NCBI RefSeq assembly: GCF_006345805.1
Contig: NC_043009.1
Span: forward strand, 48,236,001-48,300,000
Length of the DNA: 64,000 bases
Reading direction: 5' to 3'
DNA from: Octopus sinensis
Lineage: Eukaryota
Shown: in pieces, positions 1-10,556 of the stretch
How the letters are laid out: each line of letters opens with the position of its first letter
Position numbering within the stretch: position 1 is the stretch's first letter
The notes under the pieces: generated by a model
Database searches by the model: none
What the model was told of the DNA's origin: nothing
What the model saw: the letters and a program-made list of their open reading frames with translations, nothing else
Position numbers and translations under genes: made by a program

Positions 1-285
1 CCCGGCTATGGAAAATGAAGGTGAAGATAATGTCAATTATTGTTGGGTCCTTCGGGATAGTATCTCAAAACATCAAGAGGAATATAAACGTAATGGGAAT
101 AGAATGTCTCGTAGAGCTGTTACAAAAAAGTTTGCTTCCTTGGCATGGCCAGAATAATCAGGAGAGTGTTAGATAGCTGAAAAGAACAGATTATCACGGT
201 ACCGTAGGCTACAGGTAGCAAGCCCGCTACGCATGCAATCTCCAGGAGTTCCAACAAAACATGAGATAAAAAGAAATAACAACAA
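1..285 (+). mobile_element. 3' end of R4/Dong-like RLE non-LTR retrotransposon (frameshifted C-terminus plus short 3' UTR)
   Basis: Frame from nt 3 reads RLWKMKVKIMSIIVGSFGIVSQNIKRNINVMGIECLVELLQKSLL, then shifts to LGMARIIRRVLDS* (stop 178-180), typical of the RLE C-terminus. A short UTR follows and runs directly into (AAT)n. Confidence 0.8.
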
Positions 286-340
286 TAAAATTAATAATAA
301 TAACAATAATGATAATGATGATGATGATGATGATATGATA

Positions 341-373
<33 letters not shown>

Positions 374-390
374 TAATAATAATAATAATA

Positions 391-426
<36 letters not shown>

Positions 427-472
427 TGATAATAATAATAATAATGATAATAATGATAATAATAATGACAAT

Positions 473-520
<48 letters not shown>

Positions 521-540
521 TAATAATAATAATAATAATA
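286..540. repeat. (AAT)n/(GAT)n microsatellite; similar arrays at 730-800, 1725-1898, 2443-2568, 3113-3172, 3392-3490
   Basis: Direct sequence. Confidence 0.98.
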
Positions 541-728
541 ATATTGAGAGAGCATTGTCGATGTGAGAACTGTTGCTGCTCATGTATTTTAATTTAACTT
601 AAAAAAAAAAATGAACGAACTATTGAGTTTGGTTTAATGGCCTACCAATGTATACTATGAGTTTCTTTGCCCTAGGAGTCGGGAAGACACTCGGCAAGAT
701 GGAAGCAATTTGAAAGAAGAAAAAAAAT
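541..728 (+). mobile_element. Extreme 3' end of a second R4/Dong-like element
   Basis: attgagagagcattgtcgatgtga reads (I/L)xRALSM*, like the RLE terminal helix. It is followed by a ~165-nt UTR with a hairpin at 667-697 and is flanked by (AAT)n on both sides. Confidence 0.5.
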
Positions 729-747
729 AGTAATAATAATAATGATG

Positions 748-800
<53 letters not shown>

Positions 801-1350
801 CTGATGCAGTACCAGGCAGTGGCTCTCATGGCTTCTGATCTTAACTGATTGAAAGTGTTATCATGTACATTGTTTTGTCTTGGTATAAAAGATGGGCTAC
901 AGCAAATATTCTGCTCAATACCACAGATTTGCTTGTCAGTTGTTTGACCTTAACCAGTTGAGCATGTCCCTTAGTGGCTGACGATATGTGCATCTCTGAT
1001 CACGAGCAGAAGTAGTGGGGGGCATCATGGCCATGTGTTGAGAGGGATTCTTTGGAGTTTGAATGGTTCACCTCTGGAAACATAGGTGTTTCGTTCAACA
1101 TCCTAAAGCAACCCTTATTCAAGGACCGTTTGAGCAGGATGGGCTACTCAACCTGAAGAAAATTCTAACTGGGCCCCACCTGCAAGGTCATGTGCTGTTT
1201 ATCTTGATATGAGATCACCATGTCGCGCACATATGGTTGTGATGCATGTGCCTGGTGTACCTTTATCAGACGGGTAGTCATGATGGGTATATTGGGCTTC
1301 GTATATTTTACCCCAGTGTCACTTTGATGGCATGAACTGCTCTCTCACTC
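801..1350 (+). mobile_element. 545-bp noncoding (AAT)n-embedded interspersed element, copy 1
   Basis: Starts ctgatgcagtaccagg, ends ctgctctctcactc|(aat)n. Homologous to 1901-2442, 2571-3112 and 3492-3812; no ORF. Confidence 0.9.
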
Positions 1351-1765
1351 AATAATAATAATAATAATAATAATAAATACAACCTAAACAAAACAACCCA
1401 CAAACACGTGACACACTCTATACAGCAATTACCCAGTGAAATAAATTCCCACCGGCAATCCGGTAAACCAACGTATTACACACTCCACACACAATACAAG
1501 CAATATTACAACAAAAGACTGCACCACACCTCAAGAGGAAAAACAAACAAAACAACGACAAAAAAAAAGACTAACAATACAATACCAGGAAGAGTTTGCG
1601 AACTCCCAATAGCAGAAAAGAACACACAAAGCTGCACACACTCCAGCAACACGGGGGTGTTTCAGGTGATGGAGTAGAAATTTGCCTCAAACTATCAAAT
1701 GTTGAACCTGTCAGTCTGTCATTCTTATAATGATGATTATGATAATGATGATGATGATGATAATA

Positions 1766-1803
<38 letters not shown>

Positions 1804-1900
1804 TAATATAATATATAATAATAATAATAATATAATAATATAATAAAATAATAATAATAATATAATAATAATAGTAATAATAATAATAATAATAATAACT

Positions 1901-2442
1901 GCCCTGATGCAGTACCAGGCAGTGGCTCTCATGGCTGCTGATCTTAACTGATTGGAAGTGTTATTATGTACATTGTTTTGTCTTGGTATAAAAGATGGGC
2001 TACAGCAAATATTCTACTCAATACCACAGATTTGCTTGTCAGTTGTCAGACCTTAACCAGTTGGCCATGTCCCTTAGTGGCTGACGATATGTGCATCTCT
2101 GATCACAAGCAGAAGTCGTGGGGAGCATCATAGCCGTGTGTTGAAAGGAATTCATAGAGGTTTGGATAATTCACTATTGGAAACATGGGTAGTTCGTTCA
2201 ACATCCTTAAACAATCCTTATTCAGGGACTGTTTGAGCGGGATGGGCTACTCGACCAGAAGAAAATTCTAACTGGGCCCCACCTGCAAGATTATGTACTG
2301 TTTATCTTGATATGTCGCGCACATATTGTTGTGATGCATGTGCCTGGTGTACCCTTATCAGACGGGTAATCATGATTGGTATACTGGGCTTCGTATATTT
2401 TACCCCAGTGTCACTTTGATGGTATGCACTGCTCTCTCACTC
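1901..2442 (+). mobile_element. 545-bp (AAT)n-embedded element, copy 2
   Basis: Full copy; lacks the gagatcaccat segment present in copies 1 and 4. Confidence 0.9.
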
Positions 2443-2452
2443 AATAATAATA

Positions 2453-2496
<44 letters not shown>

Positions 2497-2511
2497 TAAT
2501 AATAATATATA

Positions 2512-2543
<32 letters not shown>

Positions 2544-2570
2544 GTAATAATAATAATAATAATAATAACT

Positions 2571-3112
2571 GCCCTGATGCAGTACCAGGCAGTGGCTCTC
2601 ATGGCTGCTGATCTTAACTGATTGGAAGTGTTATTATGTACATTGTTTTGTCTTGGTATAAAAGATGGGCTACAGCAAATATTCTACTCAATACCACAGA
2701 TTTGCTTGTCAGTTGTCAGACCTTAACCAGTTGGCCATGTCCCTTAGTGGCTGACGATATGTGCATCTCTGATCACAAGCAGAAGTCGTGGGGAGCATCA
2801 TAGCCGTGTGTTGAAAGGAATTCATAGAGGTTTGGATAATTCACTATTGGAAACATGGGTAGTTCGTTCAACATCCTTAAACAATCCTTATTCAGGGACT
2901 GTTTGAGCGGGATGGGCTACTCGACCAGAAGAAAATTCTAACTGGGCCCCACCTGCAAGATCATGTACTGTTTATCTTGATATGTCGCGCACATATTGTT
3001 GTGATGCATGTGCCTGGTGTACCCTTATCAGACGGGTAATCATGATTGGTATACTGGGCTTCGTATATTTTACCCCAGTGTCACTTTGATGGTATGCACT
3101 GCTCTCTCACTC
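2571..3112 (+). mobile_element. 545-bp (AAT)n-embedded element, copy 3 (tandem duplicate of copy 2, period 670)
   Basis: Shares all diagnostic variants with copy 2; I saw one substitution (caagatTatg vs caagatCatg). Confidence 0.9.
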
Positions 3113-3139
3113 AATAATAATAATAATAATAATAATATA

Positions 3140-3172
<33 letters not shown>

Positions 3173-3174
<2 letters not shown>

Positions 3175-3391
3175 TGTTTCAGAGAAATCCAAAGATTCTG
3201 CTGATAAGTACTACCTATAACCCCAGAAAAACCCTATCAATTTAAATATATGTTGTATTACATGAAGGTATTTCGTTACTGCCCCTGCCACTTTCTCACC
3301 TCAAACTTTCAGTCATACTGTAACATCTCATATCCTTCACTCGCCCTAGGAAGCTTGGTGTGTCTCGGCGAGTGATTGTAACAAGCATGCA
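3173..3391 (+). mobile_element. Probable 3' UTR of an R4/Dong-like element
   Basis: Lies between (AAT)n arrays and ends in hairpin tcactcgcc...ggcgagtga containing the same GCCCTAGGA-N13-TCGGC motif as 667-697. Confidence 0.45.
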
Positions 3392-3402
3392 GATTAAAAG
3401 TA

Positions 3403-3472
<70 letters not shown>

Positions 3473-3491
3473 TAATAATAATGATAATAAT

Positions 3492-3812
3492 GCCATGTGT
3501 TGAGAGGGATTCTATGGAGTTTGAATAATTCACCTCTGGAAACATAGGTGTTTCGTTCAACATCCTTAAACAACCCTTATTCAAGGACCTTTTGAGCGGG
3601 ATAGGTTACTCGACTAGAAGAAAATTCTAACTGGGCCCCACCTGCAAGGTCATGTGCTGTTTATCTTCATATGAGATCACCATGTCGCGCACACATGGTT
3701 GTGATGCATGTGCCTGGTGTACCCTTATCAGACGGGTAGTCATGATGGGTATACGGGGCTTCGTATATTTTACCCCAGTGTCACTTTGATGGCATGCACT
3801 GCTCTCTCACTC
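3492..3812 (+). mobile_element. Left-truncated copy 4 of the 545-bp element
   Basis: Only the right ~320 bp is present, with the same right end ctctcactc|(aat)n. Confidence 0.9.
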
Positions 3813-3834
3813 AATAATAATAATAACAATAATA

Positions 3835-4250
3835 ATTCTTTGCGTAACAGACATTAGAAGGCCTGGTTTGGTAGTAGTAGATAAAAGAGAATAGAAAGTG
3901 TTAGATAATTGACTTTACAGTACCAAATGATGAAAACATTAATATGAGAAGTATAGAAAAAGTAGCAAAGTACCAGGACCTAGCTACTGAATTACAGAGA
4001 CTATGGAAAGTGCGAGTAAAATGCCAGTAATTATAGGTGCATTGGGCACTATCCCTGAAGATCTGAACAGATGGATAGAGGAAATAGGTGTAGGTCCCAG
4101 TTTAGTACAGCTCCAGAAAACAGTGTTATTAGGGACAGTTAGGATACTTTGGAGGATTTTTGGTGTCTAAGGTTACTTGTTGTAGCCTGATGTTAGGATT
4201 CTTTCTTTTCCAACAGTCTAATCTGTTGAGTGTATATGAAAATAATAATA
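3835..4250 (+). mobile_element. R4/Dong-like retrotransposon 3' fragment with restriction-like (PD-(D/E)xK) endonuclease domain, pseudogenised
   Basis: Across frameshifts: RRPGLVVVDKRE*..IIDFTVPNDENINMRSIEKVAKYQDLATELQRLWKVRVK/MPVIIGALGTIPEDLNRWIEEIGVGPSLVQLQKTVLLGTVRILWRIFGV* (stop 4168-4170), then UTR and (AAT)n. Confidence 0.9.
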
Positions 4251-4252
4251 AC

Positions 4253-4607
4253 AAGAGCACTCAGAGAGCGCAAACCTCCGCCAAGGCAACACCAACGTCC
4301 TCTTAATGATTAGCCGGATATGATTTTTAAAATGGGAATATCTGAAATAAACTCGACTGCTCTCTCAAACGAGAATACTAAAAATGAACCCGGCCGCTCT
4401 CAAAAATTAAGTGAAAAATTGGAAAAATAATCCAGAATCCATGTCGGGTATCGGATCGATCCTAAAATCTAATCAGTTCGTGCCATTCACCAGGTCAAAC
4501 ATCCCTGAAATTTTCATCCGAATCTATTCAGCAGTTCTTGAGATATCAACGGACAAACAAACGCGACTGAAAACGATACCTCCGCTTTCGCTAAGGCGGA
4601 GGTAATA
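4253..4607 (-). mobile_element. HINE/DINE-1-like non-autonomous Helentron-type element
   Basis: Subterminal inverted repeats acctccgcc (4274-4282) and ggcggaggt (4595-4603), palindromic end acctccgc-tttcgctaag-gcggaggt, and short hairpin gcgctc-tct-gagtgc at the other end. Confidence 0.75.
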
Positions 4608-4611
4608 TTGT

Positions 4612-4821
4612 TTTCTATTATAGGCACAAGACCTGAAATCTTTTGGAGGAAGGATTAAGTCGATTACATCGACTTCAGTGTTCAACTGGTACTTATTTTG
4701 TCTATCTCGAAAGGAAGAAAGGCGAAGTCGACCACGGCGGTATTTGAACTCAGAAGGCAAAGATAGACGAAATGCTACCAGGCATTTCGTCCAGCGTGCC
4801 AACGATTCTGCCAGATCGCCG
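4612..4821 (-). mobile_element. tRNA-derived SINE family B (OR-like), partial
   Basis: Reverse of ggcgagctggcagaa..gttctgagttcaaa..gtcgactttgcctttcatcctttcggggtcgat consensus seen many times in the window. Confidence 0.85.
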
Positions 4822-5105
4822 CTTTACTACTTTATGGCCATCACCCACTAAACAACTAACATCAACATCACTACCACCATCATTGCCACCACCAACTCCA
4901 CCTTTATCATCACCACCTTCAACAACAACAGCAGCAGCAGCAACAACAACAACAACAACAACAATAACAGCAACAACAACAACAGCAACTACTACTACTA
5001 CTACTACCACTACTACTACTACTACTACTATTGGAGGAAACCATGTGATTGCACTTAGAAAGTTACCCTCCCAGGCACAAGTCCGGGCAAGATTGTTTTT
5101 GGAAG

Positions 5106-5352
5106 ACCAGCAGTCGCCCATGCATACCGGTCTCCCCTCTCCACGCCACCAGTGTTATGCAAGGGAAAAGGGAACGGCCGATACAGCTTGGCACTTGGGA
5201 TGTCGCAACTCATTTCTACAGCTGAGTGAACTGGAGCAACGTGAAATAAAGTGTGTTGCTCAAGAACACAACACACAGCCCGGTCCGGGAATCGAACTCA
5301 AAATTCTCACGATCGTAAGATCGACGCTCTAACCAATGAGCCATGCACCTTC
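5106..5352 (-). mobile_element. tRNA-derived SINE family C-related (OK-like)
   Basis: Minus strand head gtgcatggctcattggttagagcgtcg..gagttcgattcccgg (A and B boxes), then gttcttgagcaacacactttatttcacgttgctccagttcactcagctg. Confidence 0.8.
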
Positions 5353-5374
5353 ACGATTACTACTACTACTACTT

Positions 5375-5424
<50 letters not shown>

Positions 5425-5654
5425 GATGATGACGATGATGATGGTTTCTTTTATTAGGCTTCTGGGCAATGGCATAAAACGACACAATACAGAAATAAAG
5501 ATTTTTGTAAAATCGAATGGTTAATAATAAAGAAAAAAAATGAAATGTAAGGAAAGAAATGAAACATGAATATATATTGTCGAGAGCAATACAATAAAAT
5601 GATTATGACGATGATGATGATGATGAAGCAATTTTTTTTACTGATATATGAGGA

Positions 5655-5895
5655 CCTCTAGGACCAGACGAGGAGCCACCACCATTCAAAACTATCAAGG
5701 ATAAGTAGCCTCTCCAATTGTCCCTTTCCGATCTTCAGGCTTCTACTTACAACGGTCCCATCCGCTCCTGTCATTTTCAGAGCTCTCACCGATCTTTTGA
5801 TAAATTCCTTCGAGGAGAGCCACTCCTCCACCGTCACCTTTCTATTCAAGTGAAGCTTGATAAAAGTCGGGTGAGGGCTAAAACCAAAGAGGAAA
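5655..5895 (-). mobile_element. Possible L1/Tx1-clade ORF2 C-terminal fragment
   Basis: Minus translation RKVTVEEWLSSKEFIKRSVRALKMTGADGTVVS resembles the Tx1-like terminal motif as I recall it; unverified. Confidence 0.4.
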
Positions 5896-5909
5896 GTCTT
5901 GGCTTGTGG

Positions 5910-6610
5910 TGGTCATGACGGCGGTGATATTCAGAGTGGTGGTGCTGGTGTTAGTTGTGTTGTGAGTAGGGGCGGTACTAATGCTGGTGGTTATTGATAG
6001 AGATTTGTCTGAGGAGAGAGGAGATGATGTTGGGGAGTGGTGGTGATGAGGGTATACTGGTTCCGATAGCAACGGTGTATGTTGTAGTTAATGGCGGTGC
6101 TGGTGGCGCCGGTTGTTCCTGTGGGCGTGGTGATAACAGTAGTTGTAATTATAGTGTCGGTGGTGGTTGAGGTGGTTGGGGTAGTGATACTGTTAGCAGT
6201 GGGTGTGCTGGCGACGGTGGTAGAGTTTAGTGGTAGTAGCAACAATAGTCAAAATAGCAGCGATAGAAACAATTGTTGTTGATGGTGATGATGATGATAG
6301 TGGCAGTGATGGTAGTAGTGACGTTGATGTTAGTTGTTTAGGTGGTGATGGTCATAATGGTGTTGATGATAATGATAGTGATGTTGCTGTCGCTGGTGGC
6401 GGTGATGGTGATGGTTTTAATGGTGGTGACGGTGGTCGTTGGATGGTTTCAATGGTGGTGGTGATGGGTTTTATTGGTGGTTGTGGGAGCGCTTTAATTG
6501 TGGTGGTGAGGATGAGGTTTATCGGTGGTGGTTATGGTAGTGATGGTGATGGTGTTGGAGATACTTTAGTTGTGGTGGTGATGGTGGTGATGCTGATGGC
6601 GGCGGCGGGA
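5910..6610. repeat. GGT/GTT/GAT low-complexity tract
   Basis: Direct sequence. Confidence 0.9.
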
Positions 6611-6654
6611 GTATTGGTAGGGACTGACTTGCGTAGTATTAATTCCAGTAACTT

Positions 6655-6716
6655 AACCAATCAGCCATCACAAAGCAATTTCCTGAAGTTTTCTCCATTT
6701 ATTACAATCCGGAAGT
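6655..6716 (+). promoter_or_regulatory. CCAAT box (aaccaatcag) plus ETS site (ccggaagt) in a unique-sequence island
   Basis: Exact NF-Y-type match at 6655-6664 and ETS-type match at 6709-6716; no TSS evidence. Confidence 0.2.
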
Positions 6717-7026
6717 CGGTGTCTTTGATGTTGCCGTCTACCCCTCGCTGTTTCTTTTAAAATATACAACGACTTCGTCTGGCAATATACTGTGGGGGTA
6801 GTGTTAGAGATGCCTCTCCCTGATTCTGGCATCACATTCGATAAGACACCAATAACTATTACAGAATCTCTGATATCAATAAAGACAACATCAACAACAA
6901 CAACAACAACAACAACAACAGCAGCAACAACAGCAGCAGCAGCAATCTAAGATGGAGCTTCTCAATTTTATTTTAATTATCACATTCCACTTTTTCTTTT
7001 ATGAACATTTTTCAACCGCTCCTTGC

Positions 7027-7267
7027 TCTTTACTCTCTTTTACTCTTTTACTTGTTTCAGTCATTTGACTGCGGCCATGCTGGAGCACTGCTTTAGTCGA
7101 CCAAATCGATCCCAGGACTTATTCTTTGTCAACCAAATCCACTCACAGAGCTTTGGTCGGCCCGGGGCTATAGTAGCAGACACTTGCCCAAGGTGCCACG
7201 CAGTGGGAATGAGCCCAGAACCATGTGGTTGGTAAGCAAGCTATTTACCCACAGCCACTCCTGTGCC
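7027..7267 (-). mobile_element. SINE family A (tRNA head plus CORE-like domain; OR-like), internally deleted
   Basis: Minus head ggagtggctgtgggtaaatagcttgcttaccaaccacatggttctggg..ggcaccttgggcaagtgtc; tail (aaaagagt)n. Confidence 0.9.
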
Positions 7268-7299
7268 TATATATATATATATATATATATAACCCCTTC

Positions 7300-9570
7300 C
7301 TGAAGAAAAAAAATCAAAAACCTACACAGAAATGACCTCACACTTATCTAACATAAACCACAGACGATCTAGGGGACACAGCTCCACCGACCTAACCTCT
7401 CTTACACTCAAAAATAACTTTCAAACAACAATAAGGAATTCAGCCCACAATAGAAAATCTGGACGTAATTCTCAAGGCACCCTACATACAAATCAAAGGA
7501 TCCATCGAAACCTCCAGTCTAACCTAAACTTTCGGGTACCAATACCTACCAATCTACCCCCATCATCTCACAATCAATGGAAGCCTTTACTTCCAAGATT
7601 AAACCCTCAAAATGGTTACTTCAAGCACTCAACTAGACACAACCTAACTAGACAACATAACTTCTCCCTCCACTCACATTACAAAATTAAAATAAATTTA
7701 ACCAAAACCACATCAACCATAGACAATATAACAACCCTCAGTACAGCCATAATCTAGTCCACTACACAGTCACTCCACCACAAACATACTACGACAGACA
7801 CACTTTACACCCATTTTCTCCTCAGCAAACCAAACACAATACAGACTTTCCACAATAATCCACCTAATACAACCAATTTTTAAACCTAAATCAGAGAAAC
7901 AGAAATGTGAAATGGAACAAAATATACAAGAACAACCGAAAATAATCAACTCATCAAAGAAAATCTTAAGTATTACACAAACTAAAATTCTAGCAAGAGG
8001 TTTAATGTTTACACCAACCTCTCGCAGACCGAACCCGAATGAAAATTAAGGATAACACGATGGATTTCTTCTGAAAATTACGCCTCACTGAAGCACTTAA
8101 CGACTACATCAGCGAAGATGACTCAACAATAAAAAACAAAAGCGAATAATGTCCAGAAATTAAGGCAATAATGCGAATAATGTCCAGAAATTAAGGCAGA
8201 AATTAAGCACTTGGTTCTTTTTGTAAACACATTACCAATTTTCCTTTTAATACCCTACAAAATCAACGAATTAAATCCAACCTTAACACAAATGAATGGA
8301 AGGCCCTAATCGAGTTAAAAAATTATATAAATCTGACCATTAAAGAAGTCGACAAAGGAAGTGCGTTAGTGGTGATGGACACAGAGTACTACAAAAATTT
8401 AATACTCTCCATGGAAAATAATATTTACTATGAGAAGATAGTACAATACAACCCACAGAAGAAACTTAGAAACTTATCCTCCTTTCTTCAAGTACATGGA
8501 AAGGGCGTCACTAAAAATGAAATTAACTATTTATCACATTTTAAATACAGACCTAGTCTATTCTACGGATTACCTAAAATACACAAAAATCTACATATTT
8601 GTAAAGCCTGCAAAGTTTTTCCAAGCCTATGCATTAATGTCCCCCCCCCACTACTGACCTCAATCTGAAACCCATCATTGCTGGCCCTACTTGTGAAACC
8701 CTCCGTTTGAGCAACTTCCTCGACATATTACTCAAACTGTTTCTAAAATATGTGAAAAGCTTCATCAGGGATGGCTTAGACATGTTTAATCACCTTTCGA
8801 AGACAATAAACTGTATGGTAAATACAGTTTACTATCGACAAAAATGTGGAATTGCAATGGGAACCCGAGCTGCCCCAGCGATTGCGAACCTTGTAATGGG
8901 TTACCTAGAACTTAAAATATACCAATCATCACTATAAAAATATGGCACCTCATTTTATTGCTATTTAAAGGAGAACTGGAAGAGGTATTTGGACGATTGC
9001 TTTATACTTTGGAAAGATAGCATGGACAAACTCATCGATTTCAAAATAATGCTTAACAATATTAATAGCAACATACTATTCACCATGGAGCACAACAATA
9101 AACGTCCTAATTAAAATAGTTAATAACAGCATCGAAACAGACATCTATAAACCCACAGATTCAAAACAATGCCTATTATTCAACCCATGCCACCCCAAAC
9201 ACATAAAAATTAATATACCTTATAATCTGGCGAAAATAATCTGTACCATTGTTTCGGACATCTATACTCGTGAACGAAGACTCCTTGAACTCAGATCAAT
9301 ACTAATCAAAAGGCATTACCCAATATCATTAAATGATGGCATTAAACGAGCACAGGAAATAGATATACGAACATTAAGGAAGTCAACCGAAATACTACAC
9401 TAGACTTTAAAAAATACTCCCACACATCTCCACACATAATCCTAGAAACGATGAAGCCTTCAACATTATCATCCAAAATCTACCCATCCTCACAGGAGAT
9501 AAAACAATGAACAACATTTAAGGGTCACGCAAAATTATCAAAAGCAAAATACAACCTAAATCAATTTAAA
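7300..9570 (+). mobile_element. Penelope-like element, reverse transcriptase pseudogene, internally deleted and lacking GIY-YIG
   Basis: Motifs across frames: ILARGLMFTPT (~7990), IKEVDKGSALVVMD, FYGLPKIHK (~8560), KPIIAGPTCET, YRQKCGIAMGTRAAP, YLDDCF (8986-9003), KPTDSKQCL, HPKHIKINIPYNLA. Multiple stops and frameshifts. Confidence 0.92.
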
Positions 9571-9589
9571 TATTTTCTGTGGTGTATTT

Positions 9590-9731
9590 ACGTCCCTATA
9601 ACCTAGCGGTTCGGCAAGACAACCCGATAAAGTAAGTACTTGGCTGAAAAAAAGTCCTGGGGTCGATTTGTTCGACTAAAACCTTTCATGACTGCAGTCA
9701 AATGACTGAAAGAATTAAAAGAATAAAAGAA
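9590..9731 (+). mobile_element. SINE family A, 3' part
   Basis: aacctagcggttcggcaa..gtcgatttgttcgactaaa..gcagtcaaatgactgaaa tail. Confidence 0.8.
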
Positions 9732-9751
9732 TACATACATGCACACACATT

Positions 9752-9784
<33 letters not shown>

Positions 9785-10330
9785 GAATATATCTAGAAAC
9801 ATATATATGTGTGTATGCATATGTATGTGTATGTATCCACACACACACACACAGATACGTACATATGTTTGTATATAGACAAATGAAATTATATCTAAGA
9901 TACAATGTAAATTTTTGATTTTATAAAATCTTACTGCCTCATAATCGGACCATGAAGGTAGAATCGTAATTTATCGTGAACCTGACCCTGTTTTTTCCTA
10001 TTTCTTTATTTCTGTATTTTGTATTTTGATTATAATTGTATATTGTCTGTCACGACATCTATGGGTTTAGTTTTGCCTGTAAACTACTGGATATAAAACA
10101 TCGTTTTGGGAATGCGTTCTCACACTGAGTAGATCGACGTTAGGTTCTAACGAAGGACTTATTTAAACAGTGTAATCACCTGTAGTGGCACATTTAGCAC
10201 CTTGGATGGACGATAATCAACACACATCTCACCAATGTACTGCATGAATAAAAATGTGTCGAAACAATTGTAGTGATTGTGCATAATGAATGTCGTTCAT
10301 TCCATTGCCTATAATTTATCTATTGGTATA

Positions 10331-10556
10331 TATGTTTCTTTACTACCCACAAGCGGCTAAACACAGAGGGGACAAACAAGAACAGACGCACGGATTAAGT
10401 CGATTACATCGACCCCAGTGCGTAACTGGTACTTAATTTATCGACCCCGAAAGGATGAAAGGCAAAGTCGACCTCGGCGGATTTTGAACTCTGAACGTAA
10501 CGGCAAACGAAATACGGCTACGCATCTCGCCTGGCCTGGTAACGCTTCTGCCAGCT
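10331..10556 (-). mobile_element. SINE family B
   Basis: Matches family B consensus with tail tttctttactacccacaag. Confidence 0.9.

Noticed and set aside
801-1350. Ribozyme within the 545-bp AAT element (ctgacga, ctgaaga, ctgataa words)
   Set aside because: None is followed by a stem II plus GAAA and a UH triplet.
1370-1720. C/A-rich segment between AAT arrays (ORF 1408-1677)
   Set aside because: May be another retroelement 3' end, but no recognisable motif; left unassigned.
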